Virus record (IMG/VR): IMGVR_UViG_2541047774_000004
Length of the DNA stretch: 11,147 nt
Reading direction: 5' to 3' (one strand)
Source of the DNA: a virus
Taxonomy: Duplodnaviria > Heunggongvirae > Uroviricota > Caudoviricetes
Program-made: the position numbers and the translations under genes
Shown: positions 1-7,544 of the stretch, piece after piece
Layout: every line of letters begins with the position of its first letter
Numbering within the stretch: the first letter of the stretch is position 1
Notes under the pieces: generated by a model
What the model was told of the DNA's origin: nothing
Seen by the model: the letters and a program-made list of their open reading frames with translations, nothing else
Database searches by the model: none

Positions 1-996
1 GCACAGGAGAAATCCCTGCTGGCGCATAAAGATGAGACGCTGGAGTACAAACGCCAGCTGGCTGCACTTGGCGACAAGGTTACGTATCAGGAGCGCCTGA
101 ACGCGCTGGCGCAGCAGGCGGATAAGTTCGCACAGCAACAACGGGCAAAACGGGCAGCCATTGAGGCGAAAAACCGGGGGCTTACTGACCGGCAGGCAGC
201 GCGGGAAGCCACAGAACAGCGCCTGAAGGAACAGTATGGCGATAATTCGCTGGCGCTGAATAACGTCATGTCAGAGCAGAAAAAGACCTGGGCGGCTGAA
301 GACCAGCTTCGCGGGAGCTGGATGGCAGGCCTCAGGTCCGGCTGGAGTGAGTGGGAAGAGAGCGCCACGGACAGTATGTCGCAGGTTAAAAGTGCAGCCA
401 CGCAGACCTTTGATGGTATTGCGCAGAATATGGCGGCGATGCTGACCGGCAGTGAGCAGAACTGGCGCAGCTTCACCCGTTCCGTGCTGTCCATGATGAC
501 AGAAATTCTGCTTAAGCAGGCAATGGTGGGGATTGTCGGGAGTATCGGTAGCGCCATTGGCGGGGCTGTTGGTGGCGGCGCATCCGCGTCAGGCGGTACA
601 GCCATTCAGGCCGCTGCGGCGAAATTCCATTTTGCAACCGGAGGATTTACGGGAACCGGCGGCAAATATGAGCCAGCGGGGATTGTTCACCGTGGTGAAT
701 TTGTCTTCACGAAGGAGGCAACCAGCCGGATTGGTGTCGGCAACCTGTACCGCCTGATGCGGGGCTATGCGGAAGGTGGTTATGTGGGCGGTGCCGGAAG
801 TCCGGCGCAGATGCGGCGGGCTGAAGGCATTAATTTTAATCAGAACAATCACGTGGTGATTCAGAACGACGGTACGAATGGTCTGCCAGGTCCACAGATG
901 ATGAAGGCAGTGTATGACATGGCCCGCAAGGGTGCCCGTGATGAAATTCAGACACAGATGCGTGATGGTGGCCTGTTCTCCGGAGGTGGACGATGA
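1..996 (+). CDS. H: Tail tape measure protein, C-terminal portion (5'-partial; ORF open from base 1 in frame 1)
   Basis: Frame 1 is open from position 1 to TGA at 994-996; the ORF-track Met at 268 is internal. Gly-rich C-terminus (GSIGSAIGGAVGGGASASGGT...GLFSGGGR) and position immediately upstream of M with ATGA overlap match lambda gpH. Identity is by recalled similarity and synteny. Confidence 0.88.
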   Translation, partial: AQEKSLLAHKDETLEYKRQLAALGDKVTYQERLNALAQQADKFAQQQRAKRAAIEAKNRGLTDRQAAREATEQRLKEQYGDNSLALNNVMSEQKKTWAAEDQLRGSWMAGLRSGWSEWEESATDSMSQVKSAATQTFDGIAQNMAAMLTGSEQNWRSFTRSVLSMMTEILLKQAMVGIVGSIGSAIGGAVGGGASASGGTAIQAAAAKFHFATGGFTGTGGKYEPAGIVHRGEFVFTKEATSRIGVGNLYRLMRGYAEGGYVGGAGSPAQMRRAEGINFNQNNHVVIQNDGTNGLPGPQMMKAVYDMARKGARDEIQTQMRDGGLFSGGGR

Positions 997-1322
997 AAAC
1001 CTTCCGCTGGAAAGTGAAACCCGGTATGGATGTGGCTTCGGCCCCTTCCGTCAGGAAAGTGCGCTTTGGTGATGGCTATTCCCAGCGAGCGCCTGCCGGG
1101 CTGAATGCCGACCTGAAAACGTACAGCGTGACGCTTTCTGTTCCCCGTTGGGAGGCCACGGCGCTGGAGTCGTTTCTGGCTGAGCACGGGGGCTGGAAAG
1201 CCTTTCTGTGGACGCCGCCTTATGAGTGGCGGCAGATAAAGGTGACCTGCGCAAAATGGTCGTCGCGGGTCAGTATGCTGCGTGTTGAGTTCAGCGCAGA
1301 GTTTGAACAGGTGGTGAACTGA
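993..1322 (+). CDS. M: Minor tail protein M (tail tip assembly), 109 aa
   Basis: 109-aa ORF MKTFRWKVKPGMDVASAP..., same length as lambda gpM; ATG at 993 overlaps H stop (ATGA); stop overlaps L start (TGATG), indicating translational coupling. Confidence 0.93.
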   Translation: MKTFRWKVKPGMDVASAPSVRKVRFGDGYSQRAPAGLNADLKTYSVTLSVPRWEATALESFLAEHGGWKAFLWTPPYEWRQIKVTCAKWSSRVSMLRVEFSAEFEQVVN

Positions 1323-2020
1323 TGCAGGATATCCGGCAGGAAACACTGAATGAATGCACCCGTGCGGAGCAGTCGGCCAGCGTGGTGCTCTGGGAAATCG
1401 ACCTGACAGAGGTCGGTGGAGAACGTTATTTTTTCTGTAATGAGCTGAACGAAAAAGGTGAGCCGGTCACCTGGCAGGGGCGACAGTATCAGCCGTATCC
1501 CATTCAGGGGAGCGGTTTTGAACTGAATGGCAAAGGCACCAGTACGCGCCCCACGCTGACGGTTTCTAACCTGTACGGTATGGTCACCGGGATGGCGGAA
1601 GATCTGCAGAGTCTGGTCGGCGGAACGGTGGTCAGGCGTAAGGTTTACGCCCGTTTTCTGGATGCGGTGAACTTCGTCAACGGAAACAGTTACGCCGATC
1701 CGGAGCAGGAGGTGATCAGCCGCTGGCGCATTGAGCAGTGCAGCGAACTGAGCGCGGTGAGTGCCTCCTTTGTACTGTCCACGCCGACGGAAACGGATGG
1801 CGCTGTTTTTCCGGGACGTATCATGCTGGCCAACACCTGCACCTGGACCTATCGCGGTGACGAGTGCGGTTATAGCGGTCCGGCTGTCGCGGATGAATAT
1901 GACCAGCCGACGTCCGATATCACGAAGGATAAATGCAGCAAATGCCTGAGTGGCTGTAAGTTCCGCAATAACGTCGGCAACTTTGGCGGCTTCCTTTCCA
2001 TTAACAAACTTTCGCAGTAA
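1322..2020 (+). CDS. L: Minor tail protein L (tail tip complex), 232 aa
   Basis: 232-aa ORF MQDIRQETLNECTRAEQSASVVLWEIDLTEVGGERYFFCNEL..., same length and N-terminus as lambda gpL; C-terminal cysteine cluster CTWTYRGDECGYSG...DKCSKCLSGC. Confidence 0.93.
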   Translation: MQDIRQETLNECTRAEQSASVVLWEIDLTEVGGERYFFCNELNEKGEPVTWQGRQYQPYPIQGSGFELNGKGTSTRPTLTVSNLYGMVTGMAEDLQSLVGGTVVRRKVYARFLDAVNFVNGNSYADPEQEVISRWRIEQCSELSAVSASFVLSTPTETDGAVFPGRIMLANTCTWTYRGDECGYSGPAVADEYDQPTSDITKDKCSKCLSGCKFRNNVGNFGGFLSINKLSQ

Positions 2021-2024
2021 TCCC

Positions 2025-2768
2025 ATGACAGAGACAGAATCAGCGATTCTGGCGCACGCCCGGCGATGTGCGCCAGCGGAGTCGTGCGGCTTCGTGGTGA
2101 GAACGCCGGAGGGGGAAAGATATTTTCCCTGCGTGAATATTTCCGGTGAGCCGGAGGATTATTTCCGGATGGCTCCGGAGGACTGGCTGCAGGCAGAAAT
2201 GCAGGGTGAGATTGTGGCGCTGGTCCACAGCCACCCCGGTGGTCTGCCCTGGCTGAGTGAGGCTGACCGGCGGCTGCAGGTGCAGAGTGATTTGCCGTGG
2301 TTGCTGGTCTGCCGGGGGGCGATTCATAAGTTCCGCTGTGTGCCGCATCTCACCGGGCGGCGCTTTGAGCACGGGGTGACGGACTGTTACACGCTGTTCC
2401 GGGATGCTTATCATCTGGCGGGGATTGAGATGCCGGATTTTCATCGCGGGGATGACTGGTGGCGTCACGGTCAGAATCTCTATCTGGATAATCTGGAGGC
2501 CACAGGGCTGTATCAGGTGCCGTTGTCATCAGCACAACCGGGCGATGTGCTGCTGTGCTGTTTTGGTTCATCGGTGCCGAATCATGCCGCCATTTACTGT
2601 GGTGACGGCGAGCTGCTGCACCATATTCCTGAACAACTGAGCAAACGAGAGAGGTATACCGACAAATGGCAGCGACGCACACACTCCCTCTGGCGTCACC
2701 GGGCATGGCGCGCATCTGCCTTTACGGGGATTTACAACGATTTGGCCGCCGCATCGACCTTCGTGTGA
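2025..2768 (+). CDS. K: Tail tip assembly protein K (JAMM/MPN-like plus NlpC/P60-like domains), 247 aa from ATG 2025; alternative start ATG 2169 gives 199 aa
   Basis: ORF in frame 3; first ATG after the L stop is at 2025 (MTETESAILAHARRC...). Contains HSHPGGLPWLSEAD (H-x-H-x7-S-x2-D JAMM-type motif) and later GVTDCYTLF ... NHAAIY (Cys/His as in NlpC/P60 peptidases). The 1950 start in the ORF track overlaps L by 71 nt and is unlikely. ATG 2169 has the better Shine-Dalgarno (GGAGG at 2153-2157). Confidence 0.82.
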   Translation: MTETESAILAHARRCAPAESCGFVVRTPEGERYFPCVNISGEPEDYFRMAPEDWLQAEMQGEIVALVHSHPGGLPWLSEADRRLQVQSDLPWLLVCRGAIHKFRCVPHLTGRRFEHGVTDCYTLFRDAYHLAGIEMPDFHRGDDWWRHGQNLYLDNLEATGLYQVPLSSAQPGDVLLCCFGSSVPNHAAIYCGDGELLHHIPEQLSKRERYTDKWQRRTHSLWRHRAWRASAFTGIYNDLAAASTFV

Positions 2769-3337
2769 AAACGGGGGCTGAAGCCATTCGGGCGCTGGCC
2801 ACACAGCTCCCGGCGTTTCGTCAGAAACTGAGCGACGGCTGGTATCAGGTACGGATTTCCGGGCGGGACGTCAGCACGTCCGGATTGACGGCGCAGTTAC
2901 ATGAGGTTCTGCCTGACGGCGCTGTGATTCATATTGTTCCCAGAGTCGCCGGGGCCAAGTCAGGGGGCGTATTCCAGATTGTTCTGGGGGCTGCCGCCAT
3001 TGCCGGATCATTCTTTACTGCCGGAGCCACCCTTGCAGCATGGGGGGCAGCCATTGGGGCCGGTGGTATGACCGGTATCCTGTTTTCTCTCGGTGCCAGT
3101 ATGGTACTTGGTGGTGTGGCGCAGATGCTGGCACCGAAAGCCAGAACTCCCCGTACACAGACAACGGATAACGGTAAGCAGAACACCTATTTCTCCTCAC
3201 TGGATAACATGGTTGCCCAGGGCAATGTTCTGCCTGTTCTGTACGGTGAAATGCGCGTGGGGTCGCGGGTGGCTTCTCAGGAGATCAGCACGGCAGACGA
3301 GGGGGACGGTGGTCAGGTTGTGGTGATTGGTCGTTGA
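2666..3337 (+). CDS. I: Tail tip assembly protein I, 223 aa
   Basis: 223-aa ORF MAATHTLPLASPGMARICLYGDLQRFGRRIDL..., same length as lambda gpI; starts inside the 3' end of K in another frame (103-nt overlap) as in lambda; Gly/Ala-rich hydrophobic C-terminal half; purine-rich GAGAGAGG upstream. Confidence 0.9.
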   Translation: MAATHTLPLASPGMARICLYGDLQRFGRRIDLRVKTGAEAIRALATQLPAFRQKLSDGWYQVRISGRDVSTSGLTAQLHEVLPDGAVIHIVPRVAGAKSGGVFQIVLGAAAIAGSFFTAGATLAAWGAAIGAGGMTGILFSLGASMVLGGVAQMLAPKARTPRTQTTDNGKQNTYFSSLDNMVAQGNVLPVLYGEMRVGSRVASQEISTADEGDGGQVVVIGR

Positions 3338-3355
3338 TGAAAAACGTTTTATGTG

Positions 3356-3382
3356 AAACCGCCTCAGGGCGGTTTTGTCGTT
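3356..3382 (+). terminator. Stem-loop with T-rich tail in the I-J intergenic gap (possible weak terminator/attenuator or RNA processing site)
   Basis: AAACCGCC (3356-3363), loop TCAG, GGCGGTTT (3368-3375): perfect 8-bp inverted repeat followed by TGTCGTTTC. Confidence 0.35.
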
Positions 3383-3397
3383 TCTGGAGCGTGAGGA

Positions 3398-6300
3398 ATG
3401 GGTAAAGGCAGCAGTAAGGGGCATACCCCGCGCGAAGCGAAGGACAACCTGAAATCATCCCAGATGCTGAGCGTGATAGACGCCATCAGTGAAGGGCCGA
3501 TTGAAGGTCCGGTGGACGGATTAAAAAGTGTGCTGCTGAACAGTACGCCAGTGCTGGACAGTGAGGGGAATACCAATATCTCCGGTGTCACGGTGGTTTT
3601 CCGGGCAGGTGAGCAGGAGCAGACACCGCCGGAGGGATTTGAATCCTCCGGCTCCGAGACGGTGCTGGGTACGGAAGTGAAGTACGACACGCCGATTACC
3701 CGGACCATCACGTCTGCAAACATCGACCGTCTGCGCTTTACCTTCGGTGTGCAGGCACTGGTGGAAACCACCTCAAAGGGGGACCGGAATCCGTCGGAAG
3801 TCCGCCTGCTGGTTCAGATACAGCGTAACGGTGGCTGGGTGACGGAAAAAGACATCACCATTAAAGGCAAAACCACCTCGCAGTATCTGGCATCGGTGGT
3901 GGTGGGTAACCTGCCGCCGCGCCCGTTCAATATCCGGATGCGCAGGATGACGCCGGACAGCACCACAGACCAGCTGCAGAACAAAACGCTCTGGTCGTCA
4001 TACACCGAAATCATCGATGTGAAACAGTGCTACCCGAACACGGCACTGGTCGGCGTACAGGTGGATTCGGAGCAGTTCGGCAGCCAGCAGGTGAGCCGTA
4101 ATTATCATCTGCGCGGGCGTATTCTGCAGGTGCCGTCGAACTATAACCCGCAGACGCGGCAATACAGCGGTATCTGGGACGGAACGTTTAAGCCAGCATA
4201 CAGCAATAACATGGCCTGGTGTCTGTGGGATATGCTGACCCATCCACGCTACGGCATGGGGAAACGTCTTGGTGCGGCGGATGTGGACAAATGGGCGCTG
4301 TATGTCATCGGCCAGTACTGCGACCAGTCAGTGCCGGACGGCTTTGGCAGCACGGAGCCGCGCATCACCTGTAATGCCTGGCTGACCACACAGCGAAAGG
4401 CGTGGGATGTGCTCAGTGATTTCTGCTCGGCGATGCGCTGTATGCCGGTATGGAACGGGCAGACGCTGACGTTCGTGCAGGACCGACCGTCGGATAAGGT
4501 GTGGACCTATAACCGCAGTAATGTGGTGATGCCGGATGATGGCGCGCCGTTCCGCTACAGCTTCAGCGCCCTGAAAGACCGCCATAATGCCGTTGAGGTG
4601 AACTGGATTGACCCGAACAACGGCTGGGAGACGGCGACAGAGCTTGTGGAGGATACGCAGGCCATTGCCCGTTACGGTCGTAACGTCACGAAGATGGATG
4701 CCTTTGGCTGTACCAGCCGGGGGCAGGCACACCGCGCCGGGCTGTGGCTGATTAAAACGGAACTGCTGGAGACGCAGACCGTGGATTTCAGCGTGGGCGC
4801 AGAAGGGCTTCGCCATGTGCCGGGCGATGTTATTGAAATCTGCGATGATGACTATGCGGGGATCAGCATCGGCGGGCGCGTGCTGGCTGTGAACAGCCAG
4901 ACCCGGACGCTGACGCTCGACCGTGAAATCACGCTGCCATCCTCCGGTACCACGCTGATAAGCCTGGTTGACGGAAGTGGCAATCCGGTCAGCGTGGAGG
5001 TCCAGTCCGTCACCGACGGCGTGAAGGTAAAAGTGAGCCGTGTTCCTGACGGCGTTGCCGGATACAGCGTATGGGGGCTGAAGCTGCCGACGCTGCGCCA
5101 GCGCCTGTTCCGCTGCGTGAGTATCCGTGAGAACGATGACGGCACGTATGCCATCACCGCCGTGCAGCATGTACCAGAAAAAGAGGCCATCGTGGATAAC
5201 GGGGCGCACTTTGACGGCGACCAGAGCGGCACGGTGAATGGTGTCACGCCGCCAGCAGTGCAGCACCTGACTGCCGAAGTCACCGCAGACAGCGGGGAAT
5301 ATCAGGTGCTGGCGCGCTGGGACACGCCGAAGGTGGTGAAGGGGGTGAGCTTTATGCTTCGCCTGACCGTGGCAGCGGATGACGGCAGTGAGCGGCTGGT
5401 CAGCACGGCCCGGACGGCGGAAACCACATACCGCTTCACGCAACTGGCGCTGGGGAACTACAGGCTGACAGTCCGGGCAGTAAATGCCCGGGGGCAGCAG
5501 GGAGACCCGGCGTCGGTATCGTTCCGGATTGCCGCCCCGGCAGCGCCGTCGCGGATTGAGCTGACACCGGGCTATTTTCAGATAACCGCCACGCCGCATC
5601 TTGCGGTTTATGACCCGACGGTACAGTTTGAGTTCTGGTTCTCGGAAAAACGGATTGCTGATATCAGGCAGGTTGAAACCACAGCCCGCTATCTTGGCAC
5701 GGCGCTGTACTGGATAGCTGCCAGTATCAATATCAAACCGGGCCATGATTATTACTTTTATATCCGCAGTGTGAACACCGTTGGCAAATCGGCATTCGTG
5801 GAGGCCGTCGGTCGGGCGAGCGATGATGCGGAAGGTTACCTGGATTTTTTCAAAGGCCAGATAACCGAATCCCATCTCGGTAAAGAGCTGCTGGAAAAAG
5901 TTGATTTGACGGAGGATAACGCCAGCAGACTGGATGAGTTTTCGAAAGAGTGGAAGGACGCTAACGATAAATGGAATGCCATGTGGGGCGTCAAAATTGA
6001 GCAGACCAAAGACGGCAAACATTATGTCGCGGGTATTGGCCTCAGCATGGAGGACACGGAGGAAGGCAAGCTGAGCCAGTTTCTGGTTGCCGCTAACCGT
6101 ATCGCGTTTATTGACCCGGCAAACGGGAATGAAACGCCGATGTTTGTGGCGCAGGGCAACCAGATATTCATGAACGACGTGTTCCTGAAACGCCTGACGG
6201 CCCCCACCATTACCAGCGGTGGCAGTCCTCCGGTATTTTCCCTGACATCAGACGGAAAGCTGACCGCTAAAAATGCGGATATCAGTGGTAGTGTGAATGC

Positions 6301-6811
6301 GAACTCAGGAACGCTCAACAATGTCACGATTAACCAGAACTGTACGATTAAGGGCATGCTGGAGGCGACTCAGGTCAGAGGTGACTTCGTTAAAGCTGTA
6401 TCCAAATCATTTCCGAAACAGGCTGGTACGTGGGGTAACACGGAAACACCAAACGGGACGGTTACAGTCACCATCAGCGATGATCATAACTTTGACCGTC
6501 AAATCATTATTCCGCCCATTATCTTTAACGGAATAGCGTATAGCGATCCGGGAAGTGGTAATAACCCGGGAGGTACAAGATACACGGGTTATGGTTTTGA
6601 AGTTCGCAAAAACGGTGTATTAATCGCATCCAGAGAAACTAAAGGGGCCATTCCCGGTAGCTACAGTGCGGTTATTGATATGCCGAGTGGCAGGGGAAGC
6701 GTCACTCTGGAGTTTAAGGTTTTCCATAAAGGCAATCAGTGGGCAGGTAATATCACCGACTGTACGGTGATTGTGACCAAAAAAGCCGCTTCCGGCATCA
6801 GTATTCGTTGA
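3398..6811 (+). CDS. J: Central tail fibre / host specificity protein J, 1137 aa
   Basis: 1137-aa [57 protein letters not shown]..., recalled as near-identical to lambda gpJ (1132 aa) over most of its length; GAGG immediately upstream of the ATG; follows I after a 60-nt gap. Confidence 0.95.
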   Translation: MGKGSSKGHTPREAKDNLKSSQMLSVIDAISEGPIEGPVDGLKSVLLNSTPVLDSEGNTNISGVTVVFRAGEQEQTPPEGFESSGSETVLGTEVKYDTPITRTITSANIDRLRFTFGVQALVETTSKGDRNPSEVRLLVQIQRNGGWVTEKDITIKGKTTSQYLASVVVGNLPPRPFNIRMRRMTPDSTTDQLQNKTLWSSYTEIIDVKQCYPNTALVGVQVDSEQFGSQQVSRNYHLRGRILQVPSNYNPQTRQYSGIWDGTFKPAYSNNMAWCLWDMLTHPRYGMGKRLGAADVDKWALYVIGQYCDQSVPDGFGSTEPRITCNAWLTTQRKAWDVLSDFCSAMRCMPVWNGQTLTFVQDRPSDKVWTYNRSNVVMPDDGAPFRYSFSALKDRHNAVEVNWIDPNNGWETATELVEDTQAIARYGRNVTKMDAFGCTSRGQAHRAGLWLIKTELLETQTVDFSVGAEGLRHVPGDVIEICDDDYAGISIGGRVLAVNSQTRTLTLDREITLPSSGTTLISLVDGSGNPVSVEVQSVTDGVKVKVSRVPDGVAGYSVWGLKLPTLRQRLFRCVSIRENDDGTYAITAVQHVPEKEAIVDNGAHFDGDQSGTVNGVTPPAVQHLTAEVTADSGEYQVLARWDTPKVVKGVSFMLRLTVAADDGSERLVSTARTAETTYRFTQLALGNYRLTVRAVNARGQQGDPASVSFRIAAPAAPSRIELTPGYFQITATPHLAVYDPTVQFEFWFSEKRIADIRQVETTARYLGTALYWIAASINIKPGHDYYFYIRSVNTVGKSAFVEAVGRASDDAEGYLDFFKGQITESHLGKELLEKVDLTEDNASRLDEFSKEWKDANDKWNAMWGVKIEQTKDGKHYVAGIGLSMEDTEEGKLSQFLVAANRIAFIDPANGNETPMFVAQGNQIFMNDVFLKRLTAPTITSGGSPPVFSLTSDGKLTAKNADISGSVNANSGTLNNVTINQNCTIKGMLEATQVRGDFVKAVSKSFPKQAGTWGNTETPNGTVTVTISDDHNFDRQIIIPPIIFNGIAYSDPGSGNNPGGTRYTGYGFEVRKNGVLIASRETKGAIPGSYSAVIDMPSGRGSVTLEFKVFHKGNQWAGNITDCTVIVTKKAASGISIR
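6320..6808 (+). other. Divergent, lower-GC C-terminal (receptor-binding) segment of J
   Basis: Base composition drops sharply (one 60-nt line at 6481-6540 counts 22 G+C, versus 39 G+C for 5401-5460). The protein departs from the recalled lambda gpJ C-terminus after about ...[15 protein letters not shown], while keeping the ...VIVTKKA.SGIS.. ending pattern. Confidence 0.5.
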
Positions 6812-6832
6812 AATTGTTATAACCCATATAAG

Positions 6833-6856
6833 GGCACCAGAAATGGTGCCTTTTTT
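6833..6856 (+). terminator. Rho-independent terminator-like hairpin between J and lom
   Basis: GGCACCA (6833-6839), loop GAAA, TGGTGCC (6844-6850) followed by TTTTTT (6851-6856); 22 nt after the J stop. Confidence 0.6.
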
Positions 6857-6880
6857 ATTGCAGAAAAGCGAGAGGTAATT

Positions 6881-7480
6881 ATGCGTAAATTATGTGCTGT
6901 TATTCTGTCTGCAGTAGTCTGGCTGGTCGCCGCTGGTACGCCAGCGAGTGCAGCAGAGCATCAGTCCACACTAAGCGGCGGGTATCTTCAGTCCCATACT
7001 GATATGCCCGGCAACGATGACCTGAAGGGCATTAACGTGAAATACCGTTATGAGTTTACGGACACGCTGGGGATGGTGACGTCATTCAGCTATGCAGAAG
7101 ACAAGAATCGCCAGCTGACTCATTACAGCGATACCCGCTGGCATGAAGATTCCGTGCGTAACCGCTGGTTCAGCGTGATGGCGGGGCCGTCTGTGCGCGT
7201 GAATGAATGGTTCAGCGCGTATGCGATGGCGGGTGTGGCTTACAGCCGTATTTCGACTTTCTCCGGGGATTATCTCCGCGTAACTGACAACAAGGGGAAA
7301 ACGCACGACGTGCTGACCGGAAGTGATGACGGTCGCCGCAGCAACACGTCTCTGGCGTGGGGGGCTGGCGTGCAGTTTAACCCGACCGAATCCGTGGCCA
7401 TTGATATTGCTTATGAAGGCTCCGGCAGTGGCGACTGGCGCACTGACGGTTTCATCGTGGGTGTCGGTTATAAATTCTGA
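6881..7480 (+). CDS. lom: Lom outer membrane protein (Ail/Lom/PagC-family beta-barrel), 199 aa; lysogenic-conversion moron
   Basis: 199-aa ORF with N-terminal signal peptide MRKLCAVILSAVVWLVAAGTPASA followed by AEHQ (A-x-A cleavage site), alternating aromatic/hydrophobic beta-strand pattern and C-terminal ...GVGYKF; GAGAGG 6 nt upstream of ATG; same position as lambda lom between J and stf. Confidence 0.9.
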   Translation: MRKLCAVILSAVVWLVAAGTPASAAEHQSTLSGGYLQSHTDMPGNDDLKGINVKYRYEFTDTLGMVTSFSYAEDKNRQLTHYSDTRWHEDSVRNRWFSVMAGPSVRVNEWFSAYAMAGVAYSRISTFSGDYLRVTDNKGKTHDVLTGSDDGRRSNTSLAWGAGVQFNPTESVAIDIAYEGSGSGDWRTDGFIVGVGYKF

Positions 7481-7506
7481 TTAGCCAGGTAACACAGTGT
7501 TATGAC

Positions 7507-7533
7507 AGCCCGCCGGTTCAGGCGGGCTTTTTT
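7507..7533 (+). terminator. Rho-independent terminator downstream of lom
   Basis: AGCCCGCC (7507-7514), loop GGTTCA, GGCGGGCT (7521-7528) followed by a T-run through 7533; 27 nt after the lom stop. Confidence 0.65.
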
Positions 7534-7544
7534 GTGGGGTGAAT

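Noticed and set aside
87-605. 172-aa minus-strand ORF opposite the H C-terminal region
   Set aside because: Antisense artefact within the tape measure gene; Ala/Pro/Ser-rich translation mirroring the Gly/Ala-rich sense strand.
1950-2024. Upstream start for K at 1950 as given by the ORF track
   Set aside because: It would overlap L by 71 nt in another frame and adds an N-terminal extension before the MTETES... start; ATG 2025 (or 2169) is more parsimonious.
1220-2026. 268-aa ORF on the minus strand spanning M/L
   Set aside because: Antisense to the tightly coupled M-L genes; Arg-rich low-complexity translation; no intergenic space for its own expression signals.
4328-6022. 564-aa ORF on the minus strand, entirely inside J
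   Set aside because: Antisense to a strongly supported, conserved CDS; the translation is Arg/Pro/His-rich with no coherent domain pattern, typical of a spurious open frame opposite GC-rich coding DNA.
7539-7544. GTG 7539 as the Stf start (MNMAVK...)
   Set aside because: ATG at 7545 gives MAVKISG..., matching the recalled lambda Stf N-terminus. The GTG start cannot be excluded and changes the protein by only two residues.
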